From Tubiluchus corallicola (taxonomy: Eukaryota; Animalia; Priapulida): a stretch of DNA of 64,000 bases. Location: assembly GCA_030141605.1 (NCBI GenBank), contig JAQGDQ010000745.1:38878-102877 (forward strand), given 5' to 3'. This document shows, one piece after another, positions 14,201-23,823 of this stretch. The notes below the pieces were generated by a model. It had not been told where the DNA came from and did no database searches. It saw only the letters and a list, made by a program, of their open reading frames with translations. Both the position numbers and the translations under genes were made by a program. Positions within the stretch are counted from its first letter, which is position 1; each line of letters starts with the position of its first letter.

Positions 14201-15621
14201 TGATCGACGGCAATTTCAAACATTTCGTTGACACGCAGTGGCCTGTTAGTTAACACGACCGCGTTGTTAAAGTCCACGGTGGCATTGGGACGTATGGCAG
14301 CTCTACCGCCCTCTACGACCCGAGCATGAGAACCGCAGTGAGGATGAAAAAGCAAGGCGTCCGCTTCCGAATCTAGAGCGGCGAAAGACGGCAGGTTGGA
14401 CGTGCAGTCGCTCATCTGCGTGTACATTTGCGTCAGCTGCTGAAACAGCGTGTGCGCCCTGTTCTCAAAGATGGCTCCCAGGCTCTGCTGTAGGCTGGTG
14501 CGGCGGTCACTTTCCTGCGCAGTTAGCGTGACCTTCACGGCCATGCCGTAAAGGTCGACAACCGCAAAGACCACGCTCGGAACTCGGCTGGCAGCTATGC
14601 CCTGGTCGACACCGTTGATGTAATAGTGAAGATTACCGTTTGTCTTGCGTATCATTCCGATCCTGTCTCCCTCCATCAGCTCGTCGAGATTATAGTCTCC
14701 GTATTCCCTCCGCGTTCCTTTGCCGTTCGTCAGGATTCCGCAGCCGCTCATCATAATCGTTCCCGATCTCATGTTCGTCATGGTGGCGGGGAACTCCATC
14801 GTGTTCGGATTGTGGGTGGTTATCCCGACTTCTATGGACCCGGACCACTTATCTACTAGCCTGTCCAATGTTATTTCGAACATTTCGTTGTCGTGGAGAG
14901 GTCTGTTAGACATGATGACACCGTTGTTAAATTCGTCGAGAGGTCGCCGTCGTTCGGCCGTTCTATTCCCGCTGGATAGCCTAATTAACGAGCCGCACCT
15001 TTCATGAAATTGCAACCTGTCTTCTTCGTCGCTGTCATCATTACAATTATTTTCCTTTGTATGCCCATTATTCATGGCAACTAAACTTTCGTTAATTGCC
15101 TCGTTTGCTATGATTCTTGTTTCTACGCTCTCTGTAATTGTCACTTGCACGCACTTTCCATACATGTCGACGATGACAAATACTTTTTCTGGAATGCCTC
15201 TCGTGGCTTCTCCGTAATCGGTTCCGTTCACGAAGAAATGCAGCGCTCCTCTGGTCGTGCGCATGACACCGACTTTGTCGCCCTCGCAAAGCCGGTCCAA
15301 ATCGAAGCCGTATTCGTCGACGATCGACCGCCCGTTCATGAGTATGCAGTTGCCGGAAAGCACCCAGGTGCCTTCGCGAAAGTCCGTGGCGCTAGCCGGA
15401 AACTGAAGGTTGTTTGGATCGCACGTCGTGACGCCAATCTCGATGGAGCCGCTCCACGAATTGATCTTTTTGTCCACTCTCACCTCGAACAGCTGATTGT
15501 CCTGCAGCACGTCTCTGCTCATGACCACCCCGTTGTTGAACTCTTGCGTGGGGTGGTTGCGATATGCGGTCTTATTGTTGTTGCTCAGAGAGACGAGTAT
15601 ACCGCATTTGGTGTGGAACAT
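11269..15621 (-). CDS. NEURL4: Neuralized-like protein 4 (six NHR domains plus C-terminal ADP-ribosyltransferase-like domain), single coding exon, ~1450 aa
   Basis: Six NHR repeats (FH..CG..., EFNNGVV.S..PL...E.FEV.VD.....WSGSIEIGVTT, ...VDLYG), a Cys cluster (CFCEKC) and an ART-like tail (WHVAFHGT, IFLSPSIRY, EIEW). First in-frame ATG is 15621 (MFHTKCG); the track's 15642 start is a GTG; in-frame upstream stop at 15670-15672; acceptor ttttacttttag at 15701-15703. Confidence 0.95.
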   Translation of the reverse strand: MFHTKCGILVSLSNNNKTAYRNHPTQEFNNGVVMSRDVLQDNQLFEVRVDKKINSWSGSIEIGVTTCDPNNLQFPASATDFREGTWVLSGNCILMNGRSIVDEYGFDLDRLCEGDKVGVMRTTRGALHFFVNGTDYGEATRGIPEKVFVIVDMYGKCVQVTITESVETRIIANEAINESLVAMNNGHTKENNCNDDSDEEDRLQFHERCGSLIRLSSGNRTAERRRPLDEFNNGVIMSNRPLHDNEMFEITLDRLVDKWSGSIEVGITTHNPNTMEFPATMTNMRSGTIMMSGCGILTNGKGTRREYGDYNLDELMEGDRIGMIRKTNGNLHYYINGVDQGIAASRVPSVVFAVVDLYGMAVKVTLTAQESDRRTSLQQSLGAIFENRAHTLFQQLTQMYTQMSDCTSNLPSFAALDSEADALLFHPHCGSHARVVEGGRAAIRPNATVDFNNAVVLTNRPLRVNEMFEIAVDQIIDKWAGSIEIGVTTHLPLDLDFPATMTNIRSGTWMMTGNGVMHNGTTVLEEYGQNLDRLKCGDTVGVLRKNNGNVHFYVNSVDQGCAATDVPENVYGVIDLYGQAAKAHIVDHSATSLIPVSTIEDVDQTADANDEAVAEEEEEPLQFHHLHGRNATITNNGLTASRPNAHGEFNDAIVTSKRPLKDGEMFEVVIEKMVERWSGSIEAGVTTIRPDQLEFPNTMTDIDYETWMLSGSAIMQDGTTIRNGYACDLDTLMVGSRIGMSRLADGTLHFYVNGADMGVACTDVPPGKGDIKGVYAVIDLYGQCAQVTILNQNSKPVQPQNHVLELMQTDVSPARLTAEITHRLCMCTGKNILLKNGACSAVRQKNYNCGLVFSSHPMKLDELFEIQVDSMTQLYSGSLEIGVTTFTIHDNMPNSSLPASAKEFADNKSKVTWLISGSSVLRNNVVLKENFVPSLHRVEVGTKVGVMVCSDGTLHLFVNSEDMGVAATHIPKKVHALVDVYGTVDGISIVSNSIAEVPLVSPRAPLVHFLNREAFDEDGDVDTKAPISHVFHNRHGRNINLSNRNRTATRKAGYDQAIAVCNQPLVRQQLFEIEINQSNSRWSSGLRVGIVGTHLDKIVFPSNAVSMEGAVWIIQGQSVFHNKAKIKECYGPDLDTLTSGRVGLLIDYHNSLHMYVNGVDRGVAATDLPGLCFVLVDLYGRCNQVSIVTNDAASDDSSSSTSQQGEDKEKADIESNKTEKVTPQRTIEARPVENCDYMKACSVFVDLLGLPAVYFCPEKNVCFCEKCYSIQEDSRCIKGGDPPKDYTVPFGWCRFGLRIAPRFENINASENWHVAFHGTRIAAIRKILDHGELLLPGDVALGGKALTPYASRGKYKSKEDISQIFLSPSIRYIDNDLFATRQEWTDIDSKKQTQVRVAFQVCVRPGCYRVGPQSIGVNHAIDPHFSNNEIEWFTKERGATALYGLLVRLE

Positions 15622-16979
15622 GGCGTCTAAATTGAGAGACACTCTAAAGCGGATGATTTCTTTATCTACTCATAGTAATGCACTTTGCTAATCACAGACC
15701 CTAAAAGTAAAAAAGGACAATAAATTACTTCTATTACTTCTATGTCAAAACAACCTACTCTTTAAAATATTGAAAGGAAACATGCTATGGAAATAATCAA
15801 TAATATTTGCGTCATCAGCAGACTTTGTCAGACGGTGCCATTTCCAAGAATTCTTATTATCCGCTATGATGTACGGTAGTTGATTATTTCCTTGCCTCGC
15901 CCACACTGCAAAGTCACTTACAATGCTTGGTCTGAGCCAAGAAAAAGTGAAACAAAATTTTATACCGATTTTTAATCGAAAATTAGGGGTGTGTGTTATA
16001 CACGTGCGCGCGTTATACTCGAATAAATACGGTAATTGTGTTAAAATGTATATGTTTTATCAGACTTGAAAATGGGGTAGTGCATGAAAAATCATCCCAT
16101 CTTCCTTTAACTCCAGAAAATTGAACCGAGCACATATAAAAAAGGCGGAACATGTAAATTGAAACTCCCTGGAATAACAATTAGCCACAGCTATTTTTTA
16201 CCGTAAGTCATTTGAAACAGGTTTATAGAACATTGAGTAAAGTTTGAAAAAATAATCAGTGCATTTGTAGCACACATGTCACTAACTAAGCAAAAGTTTA
16301 AAGGACAACAAAAGAGGTACCTGAAGTAGGTTTCAAAAAAAATCACCTTAAAAAATTATATTACGTTACAGCAGTTTCATGCGTATATCGTACTCACGTT
16401 AAAAGGAATTTTTGTTACTTTTCATTTTAAATCTCCGGCAATACTGTTCCAACCGCGCCATTACATGACGTGAATCAGGGGAAGAAAAGGAAATTTTAAA
16501 CTTTCCCAAATGTCCCAAAAAACTTGCAAATCTATATTAGCTAACATTTCGCTTTACTGCTGGAAAGACGTATGTAACTAGAAATAATAATTTATAATGT
16601 TCTTGCCAATTGATGAAATGTCGCTGACTCACCCTCCAGGGTGCGCTCCTCACTAACCAAAAAATTATTGGCAAGATACAGTAATTTAAATTTTACTTAA
16701 TTAGCAACATGTATGCTACGAATGCTTTGATTATTTTTTCAAACTTTACTCAATGTTATCAAAACTTGTTTCAAACGACCTGCCATTAAAATGGCTGCAC
16801 ATAATGCTCATCGCGGGAGTTTAAATTTACACGTTTTATACAGCGTTACTGTCGACGCAAGCCCTGCATAGGAAAGGTAGTACGTAATAGTGAAATGTTT
16901 AGTGAGGTGCTTTATATCTTGAACATAAGCGAGCAAAAAAATAGGAATTCAAATTATATCTATGCATGTATACACTAAC

Positions 16980-17087
16980 CAAGATTAAACTGATGTAAAT
17001 GTACTCCAAGGGAAAACTCCGAGTTCTGAGCTCATGGAGTTGCATTGTTCACAGATTTTCAGGAGGGCATTTGCGGCCCTACAGGTC
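16980..17087 (-). other. Probable non-coding 5' UTR exon of NEURL4
   Basis: Bounded on the minus strand by tgtttattttcag (acceptor) and gttagt (donor); contains only short uORFs. Confidence 0.45.
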
Positions 17088-17283
17088 CTGAAAATAAACA
17101 GATAATAAACACTTTGAAAGTGCAATTATAATCACATTTAGCAGCCCATTCTCGGAAAATCTAACAAAATGAGTACGCAAAAACTTGAAAAAAATAGCTG
17201 TTTTTACAATTATGAATTTATTCCACAGCAACACAAACACACATGCAAGTTGATATTACATTGCAAAAAAAGTAAATAAACTA

Positions 17284-17738
17284 CCGTATTTTCCCGTGTA
17301 TAAGAGACCCTTGTGTATAAGAGACCCCTTCAATTTTTAGGCAAAAATTCTGGAAAAAAGTTTTTTCAGACGGACATTTTTAGAGGGTAGAGTACAACTT
17401 TTTTCAACTCAGTGCGGTACTGAAAACAAAATAAAACCAGTTAACGTGTTGTAGAAAAAGAGTACTGGTATATATTAAAGTGCGTACCTATAAACCTGTA
17501 ACAGGAAAAGAGAAAACGCGGAGATAATGCCTGTGTCATGATGCTTGTATTGCTTACAACCGCTTCATAGTCGAACGCGACACGCAAAACAGTTGTAGAG
17601 CACTTATTTCTTTAAAATCATTAGTGTCACAATTTATGCATCTTATTGAAAAGACTTACTCCCATGTATAAGAGACCCCCTATTTTTAAAGTGAAAATTC
17701 TGAGCAAAAAAGGGTCTCTTATACACGGGAAAATACGG
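17284..17738. mobile_element. Tc1/mariner (pogo/Tigger-like) MITE
   Basis: Perfect TIR CCGTATTTTCCCGTGTATAAGAGACCC / GGGTCTCTTATACACGGGAAAATACGG with TA on both sides. Confidence 0.9.
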
Positions 17739-18539
17739 TATGCGTGTTACTGTGAGGAGGAGGAACGAGCATTGAGCTTTCGAGTCCTCCTCCAGATAAG
17801 TGAAACAATTGACAATTAACATTACATTTTCATCAGCTATAACGTACATTAGAACAAAATAAGTTTTGTTAGTAACTTAAGATCAGAATGAGTAATATCT
17901 ATATAATAATCTTTATTTGCCATTAAAATACATTAATAATCACTGATAAAAACTTCACAGAGATGATCAATCAGTGGAACTGGGAGCCTGCCATAGCAAA
18001 ATTTTATTTTAACATGAATCGCTGAAAAATACGTTTGGAAAAATATCGGTTCACTGTGATTATTTTTGCAACCCTTTCCAATTTGCCTTACTTTCCACCC
18101 CATTTTCCCTGACTTTTTACCAAATTATTTGTTTCCTTGACTTTTCCACGACTTTCCAGGGCAGTCTGTATTTTCATGGATTTTCCAGGATTTTTCCCTG
18201 ACGTTGTGGCACTGAACAAAACAGCTATACACGTCTGCACATAAATAGTAGAGGATTCTTTCTACTATTTGTTTGCAAGTGAAAATCAGACGCGTAATTT
18301 TTCCCAATATTTTCGTGTCTCTTTATAATACCAGTAACAGTGTGCCGGTAACGAAAGGGGTAAGATTATTGCTTTGCTAGTATTAATACAGATACGGTAG
18401 GTTAACTTTGGTTTTATACAGTTTGGCACTTTGTAGTCCAAAAATATTAATCGAAGACTCACCATAAGAAATTAAAAATTTCACTATTTTAATGAACAAT
18501 AAATAATAAGCTAGGCTCAAGCCGCTAAAAGTATTTTTA

Positions 18540-18835
18540 CTTTCTTAATAAACTAGCAATTTACTTTACAGAAACAAGCACAACCACAATAATTATTTTT
18601 TCTAGTCACGAACAAGAGAGCAGTTTACATCAGTTGCAAAATTTAGTTCCCTAGTGCGACGACAGAGAGCAGCATAATTTTTGTCAGATGATTAGTGATT
18701 GATTGATCGGAGGCTACAAATAATTTGTGTACGTTTCTGCCTTTTGCATTTACTTTATATTTATGTGGTTTTAGGACTAGAAGAATTTACGCTCTTAGCT
18801 GTAGATAGAACTGGGTGGGTTTGTTCTCATCAATG
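18540..18835. promoter_or_regulatory. Putative bidirectional promoter / first exons of NEURL4 (-) and the zinc-finger gene (+)
   Basis: Plus strand: 46-nt GT..AG intron 18729-18774, then an exon ending ATG|gtaatt (18833-18835), phase-compatible with the 23382 exon. Minus strand: candidate donor gtaaaa at ~18540. Inferred only. Confidence 0.4.
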
Positions 18836-19294
18836 GTAATTCCTCAAGTCTACAACTTGCGGAATGAGACTTTGATGTTGGTGATTCTTGTGACAAGCAG
18901 CATACAACCACGTTGAACGTAGTAATTATTATTGATAATACTCCAATACAAGATGTTTACCAAAACAAATTTTTGGGAGTCATATTAGACAAAAATTTTA
19001 GTTGGCTAAATAGTGCAATTATTATAATGTTTTTGCTTCCCGCTTGATTACATACTAAATTCTTGCCGTTGGTCACGCCTGAGTTTAAACTTTTTGCCGG
19101 GAATTTTGTCTCTAACCCGTTGCTGTAACAACTAGATTAGTTCAACATGAAATTGTCTCAAGGTCACTCCATGCAGAGCTTGGCTTTCACTACTCAGTAT
19201 TTAACATGCAGTGTTTAAACGGGGGAGGAGAAATTGCTAGCAAGTCTAGGTAGGCACTGGTAAGAAAGATAGGTGGTTTCAAGCAAACAGAAAG

Positions 19295-19670
19295 TTTTGT
19301 TGTTGTTGCTGCTGCTGTTTTGTTGTTGTTGCTGTTACTCTTGTCTTTGTAGTTGCTGCTCTTGTTGTTGTTATTGTCGTTGTTGTTGCTGCTGCTGTTG
19401 TTGTTGTTATTGCTGCTGTTGATGTTGTTGTTGTTGCTGCTGCTTTTGTTGTTGTTGTCATTGTTGTTTTTGCTGCTGTTGATGTTGTTGTTGTTGCTGC
19501 TGCTTTTGTTATTGTTGTTGCTACTCATTTCTTTCCTTTGTTGTTGTTATTGCTGCTGTTGATGTTGCTGCTGCTGCTGCTGTTTTATTGTTGTTGTTGT
19601 TGTTGTTGTTGCGACTCTTGTCTTTGCTGTTGCTATTGCCATTGTTGCTGCTGCTGTTGTTGTTGATGTT
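19295..19670. repeat. Degenerate (TTG/CTG)n trinucleotide array
   Basis: Low-complexity gtt/gct tract; source of spurious poly-L/N/T ORFs. Confidence 0.9.
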
Positions 19671-20449
19671 AATCAGTAGAAATATGAATAAAACTCATAA
19701 AATGTTTAATTTATATGGTTTAAGCAGCATAGATCCATTGATTTTTGGTTCTGCAACCTATCTCAATTCGTTCACATTACTTCCTATGGAACTTTTGGTT
19801 TCGTTTAACATCATTTCGCTTAGCGTCGCGTTTTGCCGGAACGCATTAGCGTCGTTAAGCGAGAACTTACTTTACCATTATATGTACCAAAAAATTAAAT
19901 TTTGCAGATGGGGACTGTGGGAAAGGGCTGACCGTTGGGGAGTGGGCACTAAAAACAATCTTGCCTAGGGTGTCAACCTACGTAGTGCCGGCCCTGCGAG
20001 TTCAGAAGTTTTCACTTTTCCGTTTTTTCATTTTTCAGACATGCGAATACTGGCTTGACCATGATAAAAACTGAAGGCATCGTTCAAACTTTGGAAGGAA
20101 ATCAGAATGAAAGGTCTTGTAATGTCATCGTACAAACGTCTGAAGCTACACATGGGATACAGGTAATGATAGCTTTTCTTATTTGTCAGTATGAACAAAG
20201 ATAAGATAATATAAGATAAGATAAGATAAGATAAGATAATATTTATTTTCATCAGTATGATATAAACAGTACATATTTGTAAAACATGAGCTTAAAGCTC
20301 GTAAACCGATATCAAACAATGTATATGAGCGATAACATGGTAATAATATGTACTTCTTAAAATCTTTGGATGCCACCAGAGGTATTGGTACAAGAAAAAT
20401 TTATAACTACATAAAGACAGTAAAAATTTGAGACAGTAAAATTTTAGGC

Positions 20450-20832
20450 AGTAACATTTTCTAAAATACACAAAAAGCTATCTAGGTCAATAAAAATTTT
20501 TCCTGCCAACATTTCAGCATTTAATTACGACTTAACTTAACATTTACATGATACACCAGTCCATGAGTTAATTAGACGTTTAAATTCCCCAAGATTTTCG
20601 GCCATTTGGAGACAGTTTGGTAATTCAGTGTGGCTCCATAATAGGAGAAACTTTTCTTGCCACGTGTAACACCATCACATGTAGGGTGTTCTGCAGTGTT
20701 CATTTTTCTGAGGAAGTAGCGGTTTTGCTTTCGTTCCTCTATCAGTCCATAGAGATAGGACGGGCAGTTTTTGGACAGAATCTTGAATACTTCCACAACA
20801 ATGAGACGTTGTCTCTGCAGTTGAAGAGACAT
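20450..20832 (-). mobile_element. LINE (CR1/L2-like) ORF2 3' remnant
   Basis: Translation SLQLQRQRLIVVEVFKILSKNCPSYL...RYFLR...KKSFSYYGAT resembles the post-RT C-terminal region of CR1/L2-clade ORF2; frameshifted. Confidence 0.6.
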
Positions 20833-21167
20833 AAATTCATTGAATTGATTGATTACCTTGATTGATTGATTTTAGGACAAAGTCCATATTACAATACAGT
20901 ACTAATCATAGTTAACAAACAAACATGATACTTCATTCCCATTATTGAACATTATCTTATTATAAACTAACACATTCGTATAATAATTCATCTTTCATTC
21001 GTCTGAAATTCAAAATCTGAAAATTTTTTATTACATGGTACATGCGCATTAATTAATTACATTAGTAACAATTCTGAGAGGGTTGCTGACCTCGATAACT
21101 TATAGTTCTTTCGCCACCCTTTCGCCACTAATCAATAATTACTTTTGCACTTTGTAATATTATTGTA

Positions 21168-21692
21168 CTAGCAAAGGCCCCGCAAAGAATTGTGCGTATA
21201 AATACACTCATAATAAATAAAACGCGAACATCCCACCTAGTGTTCGTTTATTTTCCTAACGCAAAGCCAGCAGCTTTTACTGAATTAAAGTTATAAGGTT
21301 ACAGACAGAGTATAATGGATGACGTCAGAACAATGGCATTGTGTCAGCAGTTTTCCAAGCGAAAATTGCCGAAAATGGAAAATCTAATTAACTCGTCGGT
21401 ACTCCTTTTGGTGGACCTGCCCTAAAGTGCAGTCCACATCATCATGTAGCCCCGTTCTTCCTCTTTCTAAAGAGCCGTATATCTCCTTTCGAAAGTCCCA
21501 CCAGGCGTTGCCAGAATTTTTTCTGCATGCTGTTTGGTCAAAATTTCGAAAAAATCGCGAGTTGGGTCCGGGAAAACGCCCGTTACGCGAATTCTAAATA
21601 TGCCTACTACACCCTCCGCTGAACGGGCTATCTATCCATGGCCAGCACCACCCTCGGCCCATTCCCGTTCTCCAGATCTCAGACGTATAAGA
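21168..21692 (-). mobile_element. Non-autonomous Helitron, internally shortened copy
   Basis: Reverse complement of most of 48109-48862; 3' CTAG at 21168-21171 with an imperfect subterminal hairpin (cgcaaagaattgtgcg). Confidence 0.75.
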
Positions 21693-22820
21693 TATATATA
21701 TATATATTATGCCCATACCAGTAGAATTAATATATACGACGTTGACTTACTTACACTATAAATCAATACAGCAATTGTCAATTAATAGTTTCTGATAATT
21801 ACAGCCAACCTCGGACATAAGAGACCTTTCTGCGCGAATATTTCCACATGTCAGCAGAAAAGCTGGAGTTATGCTGCCTCGTGACATTCTAATTCTCGTG
21901 ACCTGATGACATTCTAATTTTGCGATTCTACACACTTGGAAATAATTATATTATCCCGCGTGCTGAAACTTTCCAGTTTAAACACGCACATGGAAAGCGC
22001 GCCTAAGACAAAGGCATGACAGTCGGACAGTCAAATGTTAAAGCAAAATCGGACCCGATCTTAAACTGTAGGTCAAAACAATCTAATCTTTAAAATATTG
22101 AAAGGAATCAAACTATTTTTTCAAAAATGACTTGCATGAAAGAATTATTACCACACAAGCAATTTCGCATTTGCACCACTAGTTCTTCGCTGTTACATGC
22201 ATTTCGCCACTAGCACCTGCATTTTGGAGATGTGTTGCACAAAAAACAGGTGCTGCACCTCTCAATTCTGAGGTGTTTGTTTGTAACGTACTGGACACGT
22301 TTGACAGCTCATGTGTGAGCACAGCGGTAAATTTGAAATTTGAATTTTCATCTTAAAACTTGCCTAGTTTTAGTACAACACATCTCAGTGTAGCAATATC
22401 TCACTGTAGCAATGTACTTCAATTTTCGCTTTTGCAAACACGTGCAACACGCTCGCAGAATGTTTTTGCTGTTGGACATTATGTTGGTTTGTGATGTCAT
22501 TAATAGGTTGGCTCTCACACCATTAATTCAGATTTTAATCTCTTATTTAATTATTAGAAACGCTTTTGCGGCATTATTGCTGTTAAAATGAATAGTTTTT
22601 ACCGTACTTCAAAAGAATATGAAAAATCATCCTGTCTTCCTTTGTCCCACATTCGTGTAGGCTTTTGTTCTGCTAGGACGCGTTATGCATTACAAAACAT
22701 GATTATGTTAATACGTGTTGCAGTTTAGTTTAGACATAATTTATTTAGGATTGGATCAGACAGTTTGAACAACATGATCTAGGATCCTCACCACAACAGA
22801 CTTTATACACTATTTACAAG

Positions 22821-23330
22821 AACATTTACAGTAAGAATTGACTATAACTACACAAGCTGACAAGTTTTACTACAAGATTACATTATACATTAGTAACATT
22901 TACAGTAAGAATTGACTATAAATACACAAGCTAACAAGTTTTACTACAAGATTACATTATACATTAGTAACATTTACAGTAAGAATTGACTATAACTACA
23001 CAAGCTAACAAGTTTTACTACAAGATTACATTATACATTAGTAACATTTACAGTAAGAATTGACTATGACTACACAAGCTGACAAGTTTTACTACAAGAT
23101 TACATTAGACATTAGTAACATTTACAGTAAGAATTGACTATAACTACACAAGCTGACAAGTTTTACTACAAGATTACATTATACATTAGTAACATTTACA
23201 GTGAGAATTGACTATAACTACACAAGCTAACAAGTTTTACTACAAGATTACATTAGACATTAGTAACATTTACAGTTAGAATTGACTATAACTACACAAG
23301 CTGACAAGTTTTACTACAAGAACATTAGTA
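22821..23330. repeat. 74-bp minisatellite, about 7 copies (intronic)
   Basis: Unit aacatttacagtaagaattgactataactacacaagctgacaagttttactacaagattacattatacattagt. Confidence 0.95.
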
Positions 23331-23381
23331 GAAAATGACGGTTAAAAAATATTAATGTACGAATATTTAATCGTGTTACAG

Positions 23382-23785
23382 TTTACTGGTCAAGACCTTG
23401 GCAAATGTTCGCAAGAATACGCTGCGTTCATACAAGATTCGGTTCACCAAGATGTGGAACAGTTCGGAGTTGAGCAGTCTACCGTACTCAAGCCTGCTGC
23501 CGTACCCGAATTAACCGAAGAATCATTCGTGGTGAGTGAGTTAAAACGGCAACCATTTGTAATGCTCATTCTTTCTTAACAAATGATTCTGGCATGTGCT
23601 TTGTACAATAAATGCATTGTTTAAGTTTTTATAAATGCTTGTGCTGCCATCTGCTGAAATTATTTTTGAAAGTTATAGAAATTGGTTTGTCTTTATATAA
23701 ATGTTTTGCCATTTATTATATTACTAATGTATACTTTATAAGGAATTTTATCATTCATATATAATTCCTTAATAATATATAATTT

Positions 23786-23823
<38 letters not shown>

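Noticed and set aside
15622-15642. GTG start of the 1457-aa ORF in the track
   Set aside because: Eukaryotic gene; the first ATG at 15621 coincides with the start of NHR1.
11283-15691. Many short antisense or alternate-frame ORFs over NEURL4 (likewise over AFTPH and the zinc-finger exon)
   Set aside because: Shadow ORFs of GC-richer coding sequence with no recognisable motifs.
18965-19010. KFLGVILDKNFSW coding-like snippet (similar LINE-like snippets at ~6860-6900, ~7390-7570, ~45300-46400, ~58860-58920)
   Set aside because: Short degraded LINE reverse-transcriptase remnants, too fragmentary to delimit; not host exons.
19190-19968. Poly-N/T/L ORFs (also 24704-25381, 44079-44333, 55945-56187, 58135-58749, 59324-59659)
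   Set aside because: Translations of microsatellites.
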